This document shows positions 1-13,316 of a stretch of 64,000 bases of DNA, piece after piece. This DNA is from Lama guanicoe. Lineage: Eukaryota. Numbering within the stretch: the first letter of the stretch is position 1; each line of letters begins with the position of its first letter. The stretch lies in assembly GCA_013239625.1 (NCBI GenBank), contig MU056960.1:7618642-7682641 (forward strand), given 5' to 3'. The position numbers and the translations under genes were made by a program. Below the pieces are notes generated by a model. The model saw only the letters and a program-made list of their open reading frames with translations, had not been told where the DNA came from and made no database searches.

Positions 1-178
1 TTCGGCAGTTTCTTTAAAAATTAGACATGCACTTTCTTTGTGGCCCAGCAACTCCATTCCTGCATATCTATCAACAAGAAATGAAAACTTGTCCCCAAAA
101 AAAACCTGTATGCAGATTTTCACAGAAGCATTATTCATAATAGCCAAAAAAATGAAAAAAAAACCCATGTGTCCATCA

Positions 179-310
179 NNNNNNNNNNNNNNNNNNNNNN
201 NNNNNNNNNNNNNNNNNNNNNNNNNNNNNNNNNNNNNNNNNNNNNNNNNNNNNNNNNNNNNNNNNNNNNNNNNNNNNNNNNNNNNNNNNNNNNNNNNNNN
301 NNNNNNNNNN
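179..310. other. Assembly gap (N run)
   Basis: Run of N. Confidence 1.
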
Positions 311-321
311 CAAAAATCTAG

Positions 322-420
322 AGAGGGTAGCAGGTAGAGCTCAGTGGTAGAGCACGTGCTTTGTGTGCATGAGGTCCTGGGTTCAATCCCCAGTGCCTCC
401 CTTAAGGGAAAAAAAAAGTT
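322..420 (+). mobile_element. tRNA-Ala-derived SINE (vic-1-like)
   Basis: AGCTCAGTGGTAGAGCACGTGC...GGTCCTGGGTTCAATCCCCAGTGCCTCC + A tail; flanking AAAAATCTAG repeat. Confidence 0.85.
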
Positions 421-1049
421 TAAAAAAATCTAGGAAAGGCAAAACTGACATGATAGAAAGCAGATTGGTGTTTGCCTGGTGTCGGGGGGGAGGAGGAGGT
501 ACAAACAGGTACCAGGAAACGTTTGCAGGTCTGTGTACATCTGCTAAAACTCATTGAATTGTAGACTTAAAATGAGTGAATGCTTAGGCATATAAATTAA
601 ATTCCATTAAGTTGTTTTTTGTAAGCCTGTAGCCCAAACACAATACCACTGGATGTGAATGAAAAAAAAAACTTTCTGGTTATAAAGGCAAATATTTTGA
701 TGCTAATTGATTCTGCCAAATGGGAAAAATATTTGGCTGTTCTCCAAATACAGGTTCCTTTTAATGTAATGGATCCCTCTATTAAAATTCCTTTAAGGTT
801 AGATAAAATAAATATGTCTGTACAGGCCTATTGGTTTAAAGTGGAGCCCAACTTTTGCTTTATTAGCTTTGGAAATTGTGGCTTGTGAAATAGAAGTACA
901 TGTGGAATTTCTTGGAAAAAAAGTTCATGTATGACAAGTGAGACAAAAAAATAAGTCTGGCATATGGGTATCATGAGGACCTAATAACTGGGGCATTTGA
1001 CCGGGTCAGGGAAGTTTGAGAGCCTCTCTGAGGAAGTGGTCGTTGGGCT

Positions 1050-1583
1050 CTGCAAACAAAAGAAGAGCAAAGAGCAGTTGGCTCGGCATCCAAGTCTACA
1101 GAGATTAACCTCCTGCAGCTGCTGACTGACCGTGCACTCGATGCTTTGGACAAAGAAGTTAAGGCGATAACCGGATGAAGCTTTCTGGGCTTCAGACAGA
1201 GGAAATTAAGGATGACAGGATGCTCTGGACAGTTTTGGACAGACAGGCTGTTAGATAGTTAATAAGCATTTCAGGAAGAATTTTAATGAACCCTCTTCTT
1301 GCATCTTCCTGTACATAGAAAAGCACTATGCAGGGGTGGGGGGAGTCGTGTAAAAGATAAAGAAAAGCGCTGTAATCACTAACTTGAGAAAACTGTTCTT
1401 GTGAGTAGCAGGTATCTTTTACCAAAATATATGCTGACGGCTTGTATTCCTTGACCAAAAAAAAAAAAAAATTACATGTAAACTGGCCTCACCCTCTACC
1501 TCTTCGGAGCAGTTTTTCAGAGCTATCTGAGAAGCCATCTCCTGGGCCATAGTTCTCTGTCAGACCCTGAATAAAACCTCACA
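1050..1583 (+). mobile_element. ERV1-type solo LTR fragment
   Basis: LTR-like text ending ...TTTTTCAGAGCTATCTGAGAAGCCATCTCCTGGGCCATAG...CTGAATAAAAC; embedded in L2-like sequence. Family not assignable by eye. Confidence 0.6.
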
Positions 1584-1989
1584 TGTAGGGGAGGGGCAAT
1601 CATCGACTTTCCAGGAGGGAAGAAAGAGCGATCCAGGCAGCAGGAAGCACATGCAGAGGCCCTGCCACAGAAGCAAGCATGATGAACTGAAGGAATGAAA
1701 GACGAGCGGTGTGGGAGCAGTGATGGGGAGGCTGGCTGGGGAACAGGCAGGGGTCAGGCTGGGCAGGGCCTCTCAACCATGTTTAAGTTTCTTCATTTTA
1801 AATCAGAATTGGATTTGAGAAAATCACTCCGGCTGGATGGGGAAGGGGCCAGAGGGGCAACAAAGTGAACTGTCAGTGGCTGTGGAACTAGGCTGCAGGC
1901 TGTGATATTTATACCAAGATGGGGCAGAGGAAGGGAAGTAAACTTCTTTGGGGCAGTTAAGTTGATTTGGTGATGGAGAAGATTGGGGG

Positions 1990-2085
1990 ATGGGGGAAGG
2001 TAATAGCTCAGTGGTAGAGCGCATGCTTAGCCTGCACCAGGTCCTGGGTTCAATCTCCAGTACTTCTATTAAAAAAAAAAAAAAG
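1990..2085 (+). mobile_element. tRNA-Ala-derived SINE (vic-1-like)
   Basis: A box/B box tRNA head plus poly(A). Confidence 0.85.
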
Positions 2086-4964
2086 AGTGAAACTTAGGTT
2101 TTGGGCTTTGGGACTCATGCAATGAGATGGATGCAGTGGGATTCTCTGAGACAAAGAATTTATTCATTCAACAAACATTTGTTAGGTAACAACTATCTGT
2201 CAGACACAGCTGGAGATCTTTGAGAAGAACAAGATGTAGTATTTGTTCTCAAGGAATTTACAGTCTAGTAGGGAAGAAAGATGTAGACCAAGGAAAACAT
2301 AGCTCAGGAGTGTGCTGAGTTAGACCCCTGTTCCAGGCTAAGGAGGGACACGCAAGAGAGAATGTGGCCAGTCCTGTGGGGGGGCTTTACGCAGGGACTG
2401 GCAAGGGTAGAGACATGGGAGGCTTTAAAGGCATGAAGCTATAGAAAAAAGGAAAACATCTTGCCACTCAGCAGTGTGGCAACACCTGGGAGCTTATTAG
2501 AACTGCAGCATCTCCTGCCCCAGAACTGCTGATCTCCTGGGAATTATTGCAAGCTCCCAGCTGATTTGTGTGCACGTTAAAGTGTGAGAAGCCCATGTCT
2601 CATTAAGAATTCTGAGTCCTCCACAGGCCCATCTGGTTTTATATCTGGCTCTGTATTCAGTGGCTGCGTGGTCTGGGACAGGTTGATTCATCTTTCTAAG
2701 CTTCTGTTTCTCTCCTGTAAAATGGGTAATAACACCACCTCCTCCCGGGCTTGCTCTGAGGACAAATGAGGTGATGAAAAGTGCCAAGCGTAGTATGTGA
2801 CACCAGGTCAGGGGTCATTCAAGTTTTGAAGGTTTCTTTCAGGAGAGTTTCAGAAAGATTTCTTGACAAGTGGTCAGTCTCTTTAACCAAAAGGACGAAT
2901 AATCTCACTCGTCATAGAAGTAATACAAATTCTCTTACAATGAGTAGTGTTTCCCATATCCTCCCCAGATTAAATGCTGGGGAAGATAAGAAGAAAATGG
3001 AACCTTCTAGCACTTACTAACGGATTTAGAAAGAGGTCCGACCATCTGTACTCAAGAGAAAGTGGGCAGACGCATAGACAAATCCACAATTCCATACCTG
3101 GATATAAACCTGAGAAAATGCCCACTCAGGATCACTACAATATTGCTTGCAGTAGCAACGTCCTTGGTTACAAGTGACAGAAATTCTCCAATAGCAGTGA
3201 TTTAAACAAGACAGGAAGTTCCCCTTCCCTCGAATGCCCAGATGTCAGCAGTGCAGGGCTGGTAAGATGCTGTGTGGAAGCTGAGAACCCCAGGCTCCTT
3301 CTCTCCTTGTCCTGCCCTGCGTATCTTCCTTCCCCAAGATCACCTTGTGTCAGTAAGGATGCTCCACTTCTAGTCACAGGCAGGAAGACAGTGAAAGAGA
3401 GGGACACACACTGCCTGTTTATGGACACGTCCTGGAATTCACACCCCCTTCCCCTGAATCTGCATTTGGTCACACCTGGCTACAACAGGCTGGCAAGCAC
3501 TGTCTTCATGCTGAAGTCTCTGTGCTTTGCTAAAAACCAGGGGTTCTGTTACCCTGGAAAGGGAAGAATGAATGTGAGTGGGACAACTAATGGTCTCAGC
3601 CACAGGGGCCATGGGGGGTGCTCCCGTGAGGGACACAAAGACAGAAATCCTCAAGTATACACAAGTTAAATGTATTCCCATTTATTCTGCTGAGATTGAA
3701 TATATAATTTTAATGTGTTCAGACTTAGTAATGAACATAAAATATCTGAAAAAAATTAGTTACACCATATCATGGATTATTTAAATGTTAAAAAGATTTC
3801 TTTCTCTCTATATTTCCCATCTTATAAGTTCAAAGGAATACCACATTCCAACACAAAAATTTTTTTAAGAAAGTGATATGCTTTTGCCAAAATTATACCA
3901 CATGTCAGTGGAAAATTCATGGCTTTGTTAGTAAACAGTGCTGAGAAAATTGGCTCATTATATGGTGAAAATAAAACTTGGATCCCAGAGGCAAAGGTGA
4001 ATTTCAAAGAGTTGAAAATTCATATTAACAGTGAGCAGCCAGTCCAGCCTGGCATCAGCCAAGGAGAACAAATATTTGACCACACAGAGCAGATGCCAGC
4101 CAGCACACATACCAGCATGGACTAGCTGGACTTCAGCCTAATATTTAGTGGCCTAAATGTGAAAGAAAAGCTAATAAACTAACAGAAGAAAATGTCAAAT
4201 ATCTTAACAACTTTTAAATGAGAAATCAAAAAGCAATACACCAGTAATTAACACAACATCGTAAACAGACTGTAATTTTTTTTTAAAAAGCAGCAAATGA
4301 TACAACAAAATAGTTAATTCCTCTACATTAAAAGTTAAGTCATCTACACTATTCAGTGAAGGACACCCCTGGATATGCAAACATAGGTGCCATTTTGAGA
4401 GTTATTTGCAACTGCCCAGGAATAGATGAGCAGTCTTGAGACTAAACAACAACAAAAAAGACAGGAGGCCCCCATGAGAAAGTGAGCAAAGATAAATAAA
4501 CAATTCACAGAAAGGGAAACCAAAAAGGCTGACAGGTCTATGAAGAGATTCCCCAAATTATTGGTGATCAGATGAATGTATGTTAAAACACAGCACCACT
4601 GTGCACCCATCCAACTGGCAAAAATTAGAAAGCTGGGCAGTAACCAGTGCTGGGGAGGATCAGGAGACATGGGAAGCTTCAAGTGGGAGGGTCAGTGACC
4701 ATTCTTAAAAAAAATAGAGAAATTAACCTGTCTAACCCATAATCCCATCCTGGATACCTCTGCTGGAGAACTTTCCACAAAGCGCAGAAGGGGATGCATT
4801 CAGGGATGTTCATCGTGGCCTCGTATATGTGCTAGGGAGTCGGAGGCACCCAGGTGTCCACCAGTTAGCAAATATGGGAGTAAAAGGCAGTTGACACCCA
4901 CCGTGGAATCCCTCAAAGCAGGTCAAAGAAATGATGCAGATGGAGCATAAGCAATGCATGTTGT

Positions 4965-5070
4965 GGGGGAGGGGCACAGCTCAGTGGTAGAGCACATGCT
5001 TGGTATGCACAAGGTCCTGGGTTCAATCCCCAGGACCTCCATTCAAACAAACAAACAAACGAACAAACAA
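4965..5070 (+). mobile_element. tRNA-Ala-derived SINE (vic-1-like)
   Basis: tRNA head plus (CAAA)n tail. Confidence 0.85.
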
Positions 5071-5943
5071 CCCCACACAGGTTGAGTGAAAAAAGGAACA
5101 GCAGAAGATCTACAGCATAATATTACATACGGAAAAAGTCTATTCACACATACAACGTGGCATTTTTCAAGGATACAGTCACATTCAAAGACACGTAATC
5201 AATACATTAGTATGGGTGTTTACAGGAGAGGACAGTGTGAAGGAAGGGGACAAGTCACAAAACTAGAGAAGCCTTGCGTGGACTATAATCCAGAGATCTG
5301 AAACCAAAAGGCTCAAGGTGCTCAGCTATGCCTTAAATAATGTGTGTGCATCAGGAAGGTGGCTCTAAAGGGTCGTGGGGTGGAGGACACCCCAGGCTGA
5401 GAATCTACCATATTCTTTAAAAGACTAACCCGTGATCTGCTATGCTTAAGCTAATATGTGCGTGAGCTTGATCATTTAGTTTCCTGCAAGCCAAGGAGCC
5501 CTGTGCCTCCTGCAAACTTCACCCCCACCCACAAGTGACACTGAGGCCACTGCTGGTCCTAGATGTGGCATAAATTCCAGGCCTGGAATCCCACACCCAA
5601 CCCTTATTTCAACTGCTCCTTAAATACGAGCAGTTTCATAACAGAGATTTCAGTGAAAAAAAGGGTGAGGGATACCTTCTGCGTATCCCAGGGGGCTGCA
5701 AAACTCAGTACCCGATGTGCATGGAGCCACGGTCCACCCAGGGTGGCAAGGACAACCACACAACTAATCAGGTAGCTAACGGCTTGAAACGGGTCGACAG
5801 GAGAGAGGGTCAAAGATCACTCCTTGATTTTGCTTCAGCTTGAAGATAAGGTCTACCTCAGCTTCAGATGGCCCTTATGGGGCCAAAAGGGGGCAGCCGG
5901 TCTCCCCACGTCCAGGCTGGGCCTCCAAACAGGGAGTGGGGTT

Positions 5944-8900
5944 TCAGCCCCAGACCTCAATGAGGTCCCCGGATTCCATGCCCAGATCAGCTGGCAGCTC
6001 CTTGCCTGAAAGCTTTGTCCCATCAAAGAAGAAAGAGAGCTTGTGGCCCGAGAGTCCCATGGCCTCCTCGTAGCGGGACATGAGGGTCTTGAGAGGAGAA
6101 TCCTGGAGGGAGAGGAAAAAAATGGATGCAAGAATTTGAAAAGAGGGGCTGAGGAGAACTTATAGGGATGGACGGAGGACTTGGGACAGGGAGGACAAGG
6201 GATCACAGAGGGAAGGCGAGTAATCAAAGAAGCCAGCACAGCCGGTTCCTCCCTAGGTTCCTCACTAGGGAGCTGGGCCACAGAGCCCAGGGCTGGGACG
6301 TCGGCTCTGGATCAGGCAGGTTCTCCAAGGCCAGTCTCTCCCACCAGTGGAGGCATGTATGACCATGAGGAAGCCAGCCTGGGCTCTGGGGTGAGTGTCA
6401 TCAGAGCTGGGGGCCAGGCGTTCCCATTGAACTGGACGTGTGACCTTAGACAAGAGCTATGGGTTGACTGTGTCCCTACTGCACCCAAAAGATTACTGGT
6501 GGTCCTCACCCCTGGTAAACGTGAATGTGACCTTGTTTGGAAGATGTGATCAGGTTAAGATGAGGTCATATGTGATGGGACACACAGTGAGCACTAAGGC
6601 AATTGGACCGGTGCCCTCGTATGAAGAGAAAACAGACATACAGGGAGACACCCGGGAGAACGTCATGTGATAAAAGAGGTGGAGATTGGAGTGATGCCAT
6701 GAGCTAAGGGACTCCAAGGTTGTCAGCCACCACCAGAAGCTGAGAGGGAGCAGGGAAGGATTCTACCCAGAGTCTCAGAGGGAGCATGACCCTGCCGACA
6801 ACTTGACTTCGGACTTCGAGTCTCCAAAACTGGGAGAGAATACATTTCTATTGTTTGAAGCCACCCAGTCTGTCGTATTTTGTTACAGCAGCCCTGGGAA
6901 ACTAATACAGCAAGTTACTCCACTTCTATGGATATTGGACTCCTTATCTGTTAAATGAGGGTAACTGCAGTGCATTCCCACGTGAGATTGTTGTGAAATT
7001 CACTAACACCCTGAATGTAACCATCCTTAGCACAAGGACTGTCCACTTCTCTTTGAAGTGTGCCTGTTAGTTTGATGGGCTTTATTGGTTACTGTCCAAG
7101 GGTGATTTCCACTCTAACCAGGAGAAGGAGTTAGGAGACCAGAGCCAAGGTTCCCAGCAGAAGAGGGAGGGAAGCTGAACCCTGGCCTTTTCCCACCATC
7201 TAGGATGGGCGGGAACCCAAGACCACAGAAAGTGGTGACTCCACCCTCCACCAACTGACGAGAGAGACAGCGGAGGGCATGGGCAGGGGTACCGAGAGCC
7301 ACCTCTCCCACTCACTCGAGGCAGCGAGACTTCCAGCATCTGGTGCTTCTCCTTCCCCTGCACTCGCAGCTGGAGCAGTTGGGACGTCTCCGCAGCCTCC
7401 GGAGAACTTGCCAGCACCACACAATCTGCAAGAGGCAGGATGAGGAAGCCAGGCCTGAGCGTGGGTTGGAAGCAGGGCCCCCTTCGGGCCTCTCCCCACA
7501 GCCCCTCCCTGTGGAAAAGCCTCCTCAAGCCTCCCTGCCTTCCTCTCACCAATGATGTCAGCCACTCCAAGCTTTAGGGTCCTGGGGGTGGCGGTAGGGG
7601 ACAGCTCTGTTTCTCCAAAGAGCAAGAGGATCCTGCTTGGGGACACCCCGAGACGGGCGGCCATGTGGTCCACCACACTCTGTAGGGGCTCCGACTGGGA
7701 GGGGGACAAGAAGCAAAGGAAGCCTTCCTGCCTGTGTGCTCCCTGCCAATCCTTGCCCAGTTTCTGTCCTTAACCACTCTCTGAACTCCTCAGCTGTGAG
7801 GTCCACCAGATCGACCTGGCAAGGCACAGAATAAAATCATGTCAATGAAGGGTTCAGGCAAGTGACACAAAGAAACGAAGCAGCCATGGGTTAGGAGAAG
7901 AAAGGGAGCAGTGGGGACTGCAGCAAATCAGAACCGGATATGCCTCATCTAAACAGGCCAGCTGTTCCGAAGCTCCAGCTGATTGGTACCACATGGGAAC
8001 AGCAGCCAGGTACTGCATCTTCCTGTTTAAGAGAAACTGGAAATCTTGATCTTGGTATGAAATTGCCCATTGCAAAGGTTGGCTGTGAACGCCTATGTTT
8101 TAAAAGCACCCTACAGTGCAACAGATGTGCTGTTGATCAGGCCACAGGCTGCTAGTGTGCAAGCTCTGGCTTAGTTGCTTGCCCAATGCACTAAATGGTC
8201 ATTTCTGTTATCAATTCTTGGTTTAGAATTGGGGTCATCCCTACAAAAACAGGAGTCTTCACCAGGAAGCCAGGGGAGCTTGGAAGGAGCGAGTGACATC
8301 TGGGGGTCCAATGCAGTAAAAGCAAGCACGAGAGAGAAACACAGGGTCTAAGAGAAGGAAAGAGGGAGGGACACATCCCTGGGGAGGCCCCACCAAGCAA
8401 AGCTTCTTAGGATGTTTAAATGGAGCCTTGAGAAATGGGGGGGGGGGCGGGACTCTAAAAATAAATACATAAGTAAACCTAATTACCACCCCTCAAAAAA
8501 AATTAAAAAAAAAAAAGGGTGGGAAGTTTCCCAGAAAGAGAGGGGAGGAGGAGGAAAAAATCTGGACAAAGGGAACAGTGAGCACAAAGGTGGGGGCACT
8601 GAGAGCGCAGGGCAGCTCCAGACGACATGGTGGGCAAAGGAAGACATGGTCCCTTCTGCCCGGACACCACTGTCTCTCCACACGCATCTCCTGGGAACCC
8701 TTCTCTCAGACCCGTCAGGCACTTACCATTCTGATGGACAATCTGACCAGGTCAGCCCGGCACCGGATTTTGAGCCGCAAGACTCGGGGGTTCTCTGGGA
8801 GAGTGGGCCCCTCTACCAGGACCACTTCATCCTCTTGGCTCAGGTGCTCCTGGCCCTGGGGCTGCTTGGGACTCAGAGAGGAACGGAGGTCTTGGAGGCG

Positions 8901-11900
8901 CTTGTTCACTTCCCTGGAGTGCAGAAAGGACTTGGGGTCAGCCAGGGTGGACCCACCTCCATATTGTCCCTTTCCACTCCAGCCCAGAGCCCCCTGCCCT
9001 TGGCACCTTAACTTCTGGAGTGCCCGAGTATGCTTTCTGCTTTTGGTTCGTGGTGGAGGTGGGGGCAAAGGAGAGGTGTCCTCAACCCTGCAGACAAAAG
9101 AGGAACAGGATGGAGAACAAGGTGAGACCCCAGCCCCACACCTCTCTTCATGGGCTATAGACCCCTGGGGACCAGAGAGGGACCTGGAGAATCAGAAGGG
9201 AGCACCTTCTGGTAATATCCATCTTATTGGAAGGTAGGGGAAGGTAAGGACAGGAGAAATCTGAGTCATCATTTTTATATTTATATGACCCAAATATGAG
9301 GGAGGAGGATTCCTAACTTTTAAGAAAAGTGACTTCCCAGGTCAATGTCTGATAACATCCAAAAGACACCAAGCACTTATTATATGCCAACGGTTCACTC
9401 TAATCTACTCAAAATTTCTGACATGGGTACCACTATTATCCCCATTTTATAGAAGAGGAAATTGATGTACAGAGAGGATGGTTAAGAGCCAGCTGGCAGG
9501 ATCTGAACCACAGGGAGGTCTTGAGCTACTTCCTTCACCCCTGCATCATGACCATCTTAGACAAAAAGCTGAAACACTTCCCCTGCGGGGTCCTGAGGGT
9601 CTGCTGTCCTCCACAGGTGGGGACCACTTCTTTTCCCAAGAGCTTCATTCCTCACTGGCGCCTCCAGACTCCTTCTATCCCTTCTCCTTACCCTTTCAGG
9701 AGCTAGCCAAGGGTCCTGCCCCCCTCAGCCTACCCCACCAACTCCCTTTCTGCTCCGATAGCCCCAGTGCCCTTGCCTCACTCACGGTAACACCTTTTTC
9801 TTCTCTTCTCCATCCTTACTCCTCAGCTTCTTCTTCCAGGGAGACTCTGGACATGGGGAATCCTCAGCACGGGGACTGCTGGAATCTGCTATGTCCGGCT
9901 CTGGGGACGGTCAGGGGGCCGGGGGGGAGGAGTGTTAAGGGTTAGCCAAGAGAGGGCGGTGGAAGGCCAAGGAGAGACAAGTCAGGGGCTTCAGAAGGTT
10001 CTGAGGAAGGAGGAGACTAAGGGGCCCCCAGACACACATGACCACACAATAATACTAGGGAAGGGCTCCAGGGACATGAGTCAAAAGGGGAATGCCTAAC
10101 TCGGAGACAAGGATGCCTAAGTCGGAGAAAAGGATGAGCTGGAGTCTGACATAGAGCAGGAGAGTCCGAGCCTTGCACTAAGGCAGGAGACAACGTGCAG
10201 ACTGTCGGAAGGTGGCCCACTCCAACTGAAGCAGCGCTCTGCTCAGTTGTGATCACCTGCACCCCACAAATGAACAAAACTGAGCACACAACCCAGAAAG
10301 TATATATTTACTTAATATACACACATACCCTACTTACCATACATGTACATATTAGTATATATGGTATAAAACATACATTACAACAAATGTTGTCAAAGGA
10401 TGATTTTTTTTAAAAATATTTCTCTTATTTTCTTTCCATTCTCAAGTTGATGGGCACAGAGAGAATATGTGAGTCTTGGGGTGGTGGGGGAGGGGATGAG
10501 GTAAAGAGGTAAGTACAGGCCTGCTAAGCTCATGTTTCTCAAATTTCATCCATGTGAGCATCATTATCATTTTGACATATCTCTGTATTATTTAATACCT
10601 TTCTTTAAATTACTAATTGTTGGGGAGGGTATAGCTCAAGTGGTAGAGCATGTGCTTAGCATGCCTGAGGTCCTGGGTTCATTTCCCAGAACCTCCTCCA
10701 AAAATAAATAAGTAAATCTAATTACCTCCCCACAAATAAAATAAATAAATAAATAAATAACTCATTGTTTTTGTTTGTTTGGGGGGGGTGGTAATTAGGT
10801 TTACTTATTTATTTATTTTTAGAGGAGGTACTGGGGATTGAACCCAGGACCTCATGCATGCTAAGCACGCACTGTACCACTTGAGCTATACCCCCACCTC
10901 CAAATTACTCATTTTAACTTAAATGTCTAACAAAAGGAAACCAGGTACTATTCTAGAATATAGCTCTTTTCCATTTGCTTGCCACAATAAAAGATCATCA
11001 TTAACCATAAAAATAAATACTGTGATTACACAACACTGATAATAAATCCTAGATCAGTGTTCTCAACCAGAGGCAATTTTGCCTCCCTGGGAACATGTGG
11101 CAATGTCTGGAGACAATTTCGGTTATCACAATGAGAGGGGGAGGGGGTTGGGGTGTGATCCTGGCATCTGGTGGGTAGATGTCAGTATGCTGCTGAACAT
11201 CCCACAATGCACAGGACAGCCCCACACAAAGAATTATCCAGTCCAAACGTCAGTAGCACTGAGGCTGAGGAACTCTGTCCTAGTAGCTGCCAGAGGCCTG
11301 AGATTCTGCATTTCTGATAAGCTCCTGGGGATGCTCAGCACTCCTGGGCCCACATTTTAAGTAGCAAGGACAGAGGTATCCTTGTAATTCTATGTTCCAG
11401 GTACTGTACTAAACCATATATGTAGCCCACGAGGGGGCTTTCTATATATTCTACTTGTCATCAAAACCCTCTGACCTAGGTCCATAACTTAGCCCCATTT
11501 TGCTGATGAGGAAATTGAAACATTGTGAGATTAATTCACCCAAGGTCACACAGCTACTAAGGGGTGGAACTGGGACTCCAAACCCAGGCCAGCTAGTTCC
11601 TGAATCAGCTCTTAATCGTCCTGCCATACTCCCTCATGGTACAGAAGTCTTAGTCCAAGGTCTGCGTTTTCCCACTGGATCACTTCTTTGTTAGACTTGA
11701 TTCCTATTCACTGCCCTTGAATGGTTTGCAAAAGTCACATCACTCGGGGAGGACAAAGACTGGGCAGCCCTGATAAGATTCAAAGAACATCCTGTTGGCT
11801 CCAGAGTGTTCCCAAGAAACTTGCTGCAGATATAACAAGATGTTACAGGTTCTCAACACCTCCTCCTCCCCAGCCTCTAGGATTACAGAATCAAAATCTC

Positions 11901-13316
11901 TGAGGATAGAACCTGGAAATCAGTGTATTAGCACCTTCTTATGTCTATTAGAGTTGGGGGAAGATTTTTTTTTGACAGTACTTTCTGTGCCTTCTGGTTA
12001 TCCAGCTCCTTTCAGGAGGCTAGGATGCAGGAGTCACCTCTCCCGTTTCCTTCCCCTAGCCTCAGGGAACAACTAACTATAGGGATGTAAAACTCCAGAA
12101 AGTCTCAGAGAGCCCAGTGCTGGGCACCTCTCCCTGGAAGCCCTCCCTTACCTTCCTCAGTCCCTGGGGGACAGAATTTCAAGAGGGACATGTGATCTGG
12201 GATGAGGTGGAGGCTGCTTTTCACCTGCAAAGAAAAAGTAGATCAGTCCCAAAGCCTCCCTCCACTTAAAGGGAAAACTGGGGTCGATTCTTCCATCCCA
12301 TTCAGGTCTCCTCTAGCTCCCACGTTCTCCCTAAGGATGTAGACCCCACCGCCCTCTCACAGGGACTCAGAAGCTCAGCTTACCCAGGATCCAGAATTGG
12401 ATACCCTGACTCCTACACCCCTTTCCCTGATGCACTATAAGAATACAAGCGTAGTTTCCCATTTTTAGGAGGGTGCTAGTAATCTAGCTATTTTAGAATC
12501 CTTGGAAATCCCAGCCCCTCTAACATACCCTACCACGTGAGGACTCCAGCCTCCTGGAGCCCCCAGTCCTCCCTGAACTTCCAAGGACCGCAGCCCCCGT
12601 TCTCCTGGATCCTTAGTAATGGGCCTCAACCTTTCAAACCCAACGTGCCCCAAATCCCAGCCCCAGGTCCTCTCAGCTCCTCTGTAAACCATCAGGGATC
12701 CCAGTCCCTTGGCCTCTCTAAACTCCTGACACGCCAGCTCCCGGGAATCCCAAACTCCCAACACAATCCAAACCCCTTCACCTCCCCAATTTGCAGAAAC
12801 CCCATGAACCCTGCCACCTCTCTGGCTCCAAGGCCCTACCCCTGCTTCCTTTTCGTCCCCCAAGACCAACCCCAGAAAACCCTATCCTCAGCACTCCCAA
12901 GCCTAGCCCTCCCGGGTGTCCGGCTGCACCTTCTCGGAGTACACTGGAACCGCCGGTGCCTCGCCTGGATCCAGTAGCAGCCGCCGCCGCCGCCTGACCA
13001 GGACCGGAGGGGCTCCAGCCGGCCGTGCGTCCTCCCCTTCGCTGTCACTGTCGCTGTCGTCCCGGGGTGCGGCCGGCAAAGGGGGTTCCGGGAGCGGGAC
13101 CTCGACCGGGTCCGCAGAGCCGCACGCCGTTGCGACCTCCAAGACATCCTCATCGCTGTCGCTGACCAAGTCCACCAGCACTGAGTCCAGGGTGCGTCGG
13201 GCTGGAGATCCCTGGGAGCGAGGACGCCGACCCCGGCCGCCCCGGGACCCCCGAGCCCCTCGGCTGACACCACCGCCTCTGGGCCGCCGGCCCCGCTGCC
13301 TCACCGGCTCCGCCAT
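5944..13316 (-). CDS. NFATC2IP: NFATC2-interacting protein (NIP45), tandem SUMO-like domains; 418 aa
   Basis: Coding exons (minus): 13316-12930, 12224-12152, 9900-9786, 9087-9007, 8913-8727, 7694-7550, 7425-7316, 6102-5944; all GT-AG, 1257 nt in frame. N-terminal RG-rich MAEPVRQRGRRPRGG, SIM-like VLVDLVSDSDED, SLD1 (LRLKIRCRADLVRL...KLGVADII), SLD2 ending ...FDGTKLSGKELPADLGMESGDLIEVWG*. Confidence 0.97.
6455..6909 (+). mobile_element. MaLR (MLT1-type) solo LTR in NFATC2IP intron 7, inserted in a MIR
   Basis: GCTATGGGTTGACTGTGTCCC...GAATGTGACCTTGTTTGGAA...GTTACAGCAGCCCTGGGAAACTAATACA; 5-bp TSD-like ACAAG/GCAAG splitting the MIR core TGTGACCTT..CAAG|TTAC. Confidence 0.85.
10622..10755 (+). 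mobile_element. tRNA-Ala-derived SINE (vic-1-like, long-tail subtype)
   Basis: GGGGAGGGTATAGCTCAAGTGGTAGAG... + AAATAAATAAGTAAATCTAATTACCTCCCC tail. Confidence 0.9.
10770..10900 (-). mobile_element. tRNA-Ala-derived SINE (vic-1-like), inverted partner
   Basis: Reverse complement of the same SINE, immediately adjacent, tail-to-tail. Confidence 0.9.
11055..11277 (+). mobile_element. MER20 (hAT-Charlie) DNA transposon
   Basis: CAGTGTTCTCAAC...GGCAATGTCTGGAGACA...GGCTGAGGAACTCTG termini; TCCTAG-containing 8-bp TSD-like flanks. Confidence 0.85.

Noticed and set aside
1990-2070. tRNA-Ala(AGC)-like sequences here and at about 10 other sites
   Set aside because: They have A-rich tails, TSDs and disrupted stems, so they are SINE copies rather than tRNA genes.
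1-5900. Short ORFs downstream of NFATC2IP
   Set aside because: All fall in L1, L2, MIR, LTR or SINE remnants or the 3'UTR; no exon of the next syntenic gene (SPNS1) was recognised.
7740-7820. Region resembling human MIR4517
   Set aside because: The seed-equivalent positions differ from the human sequence as I recall it and I see no convincing hairpin; not called as a miRNA.
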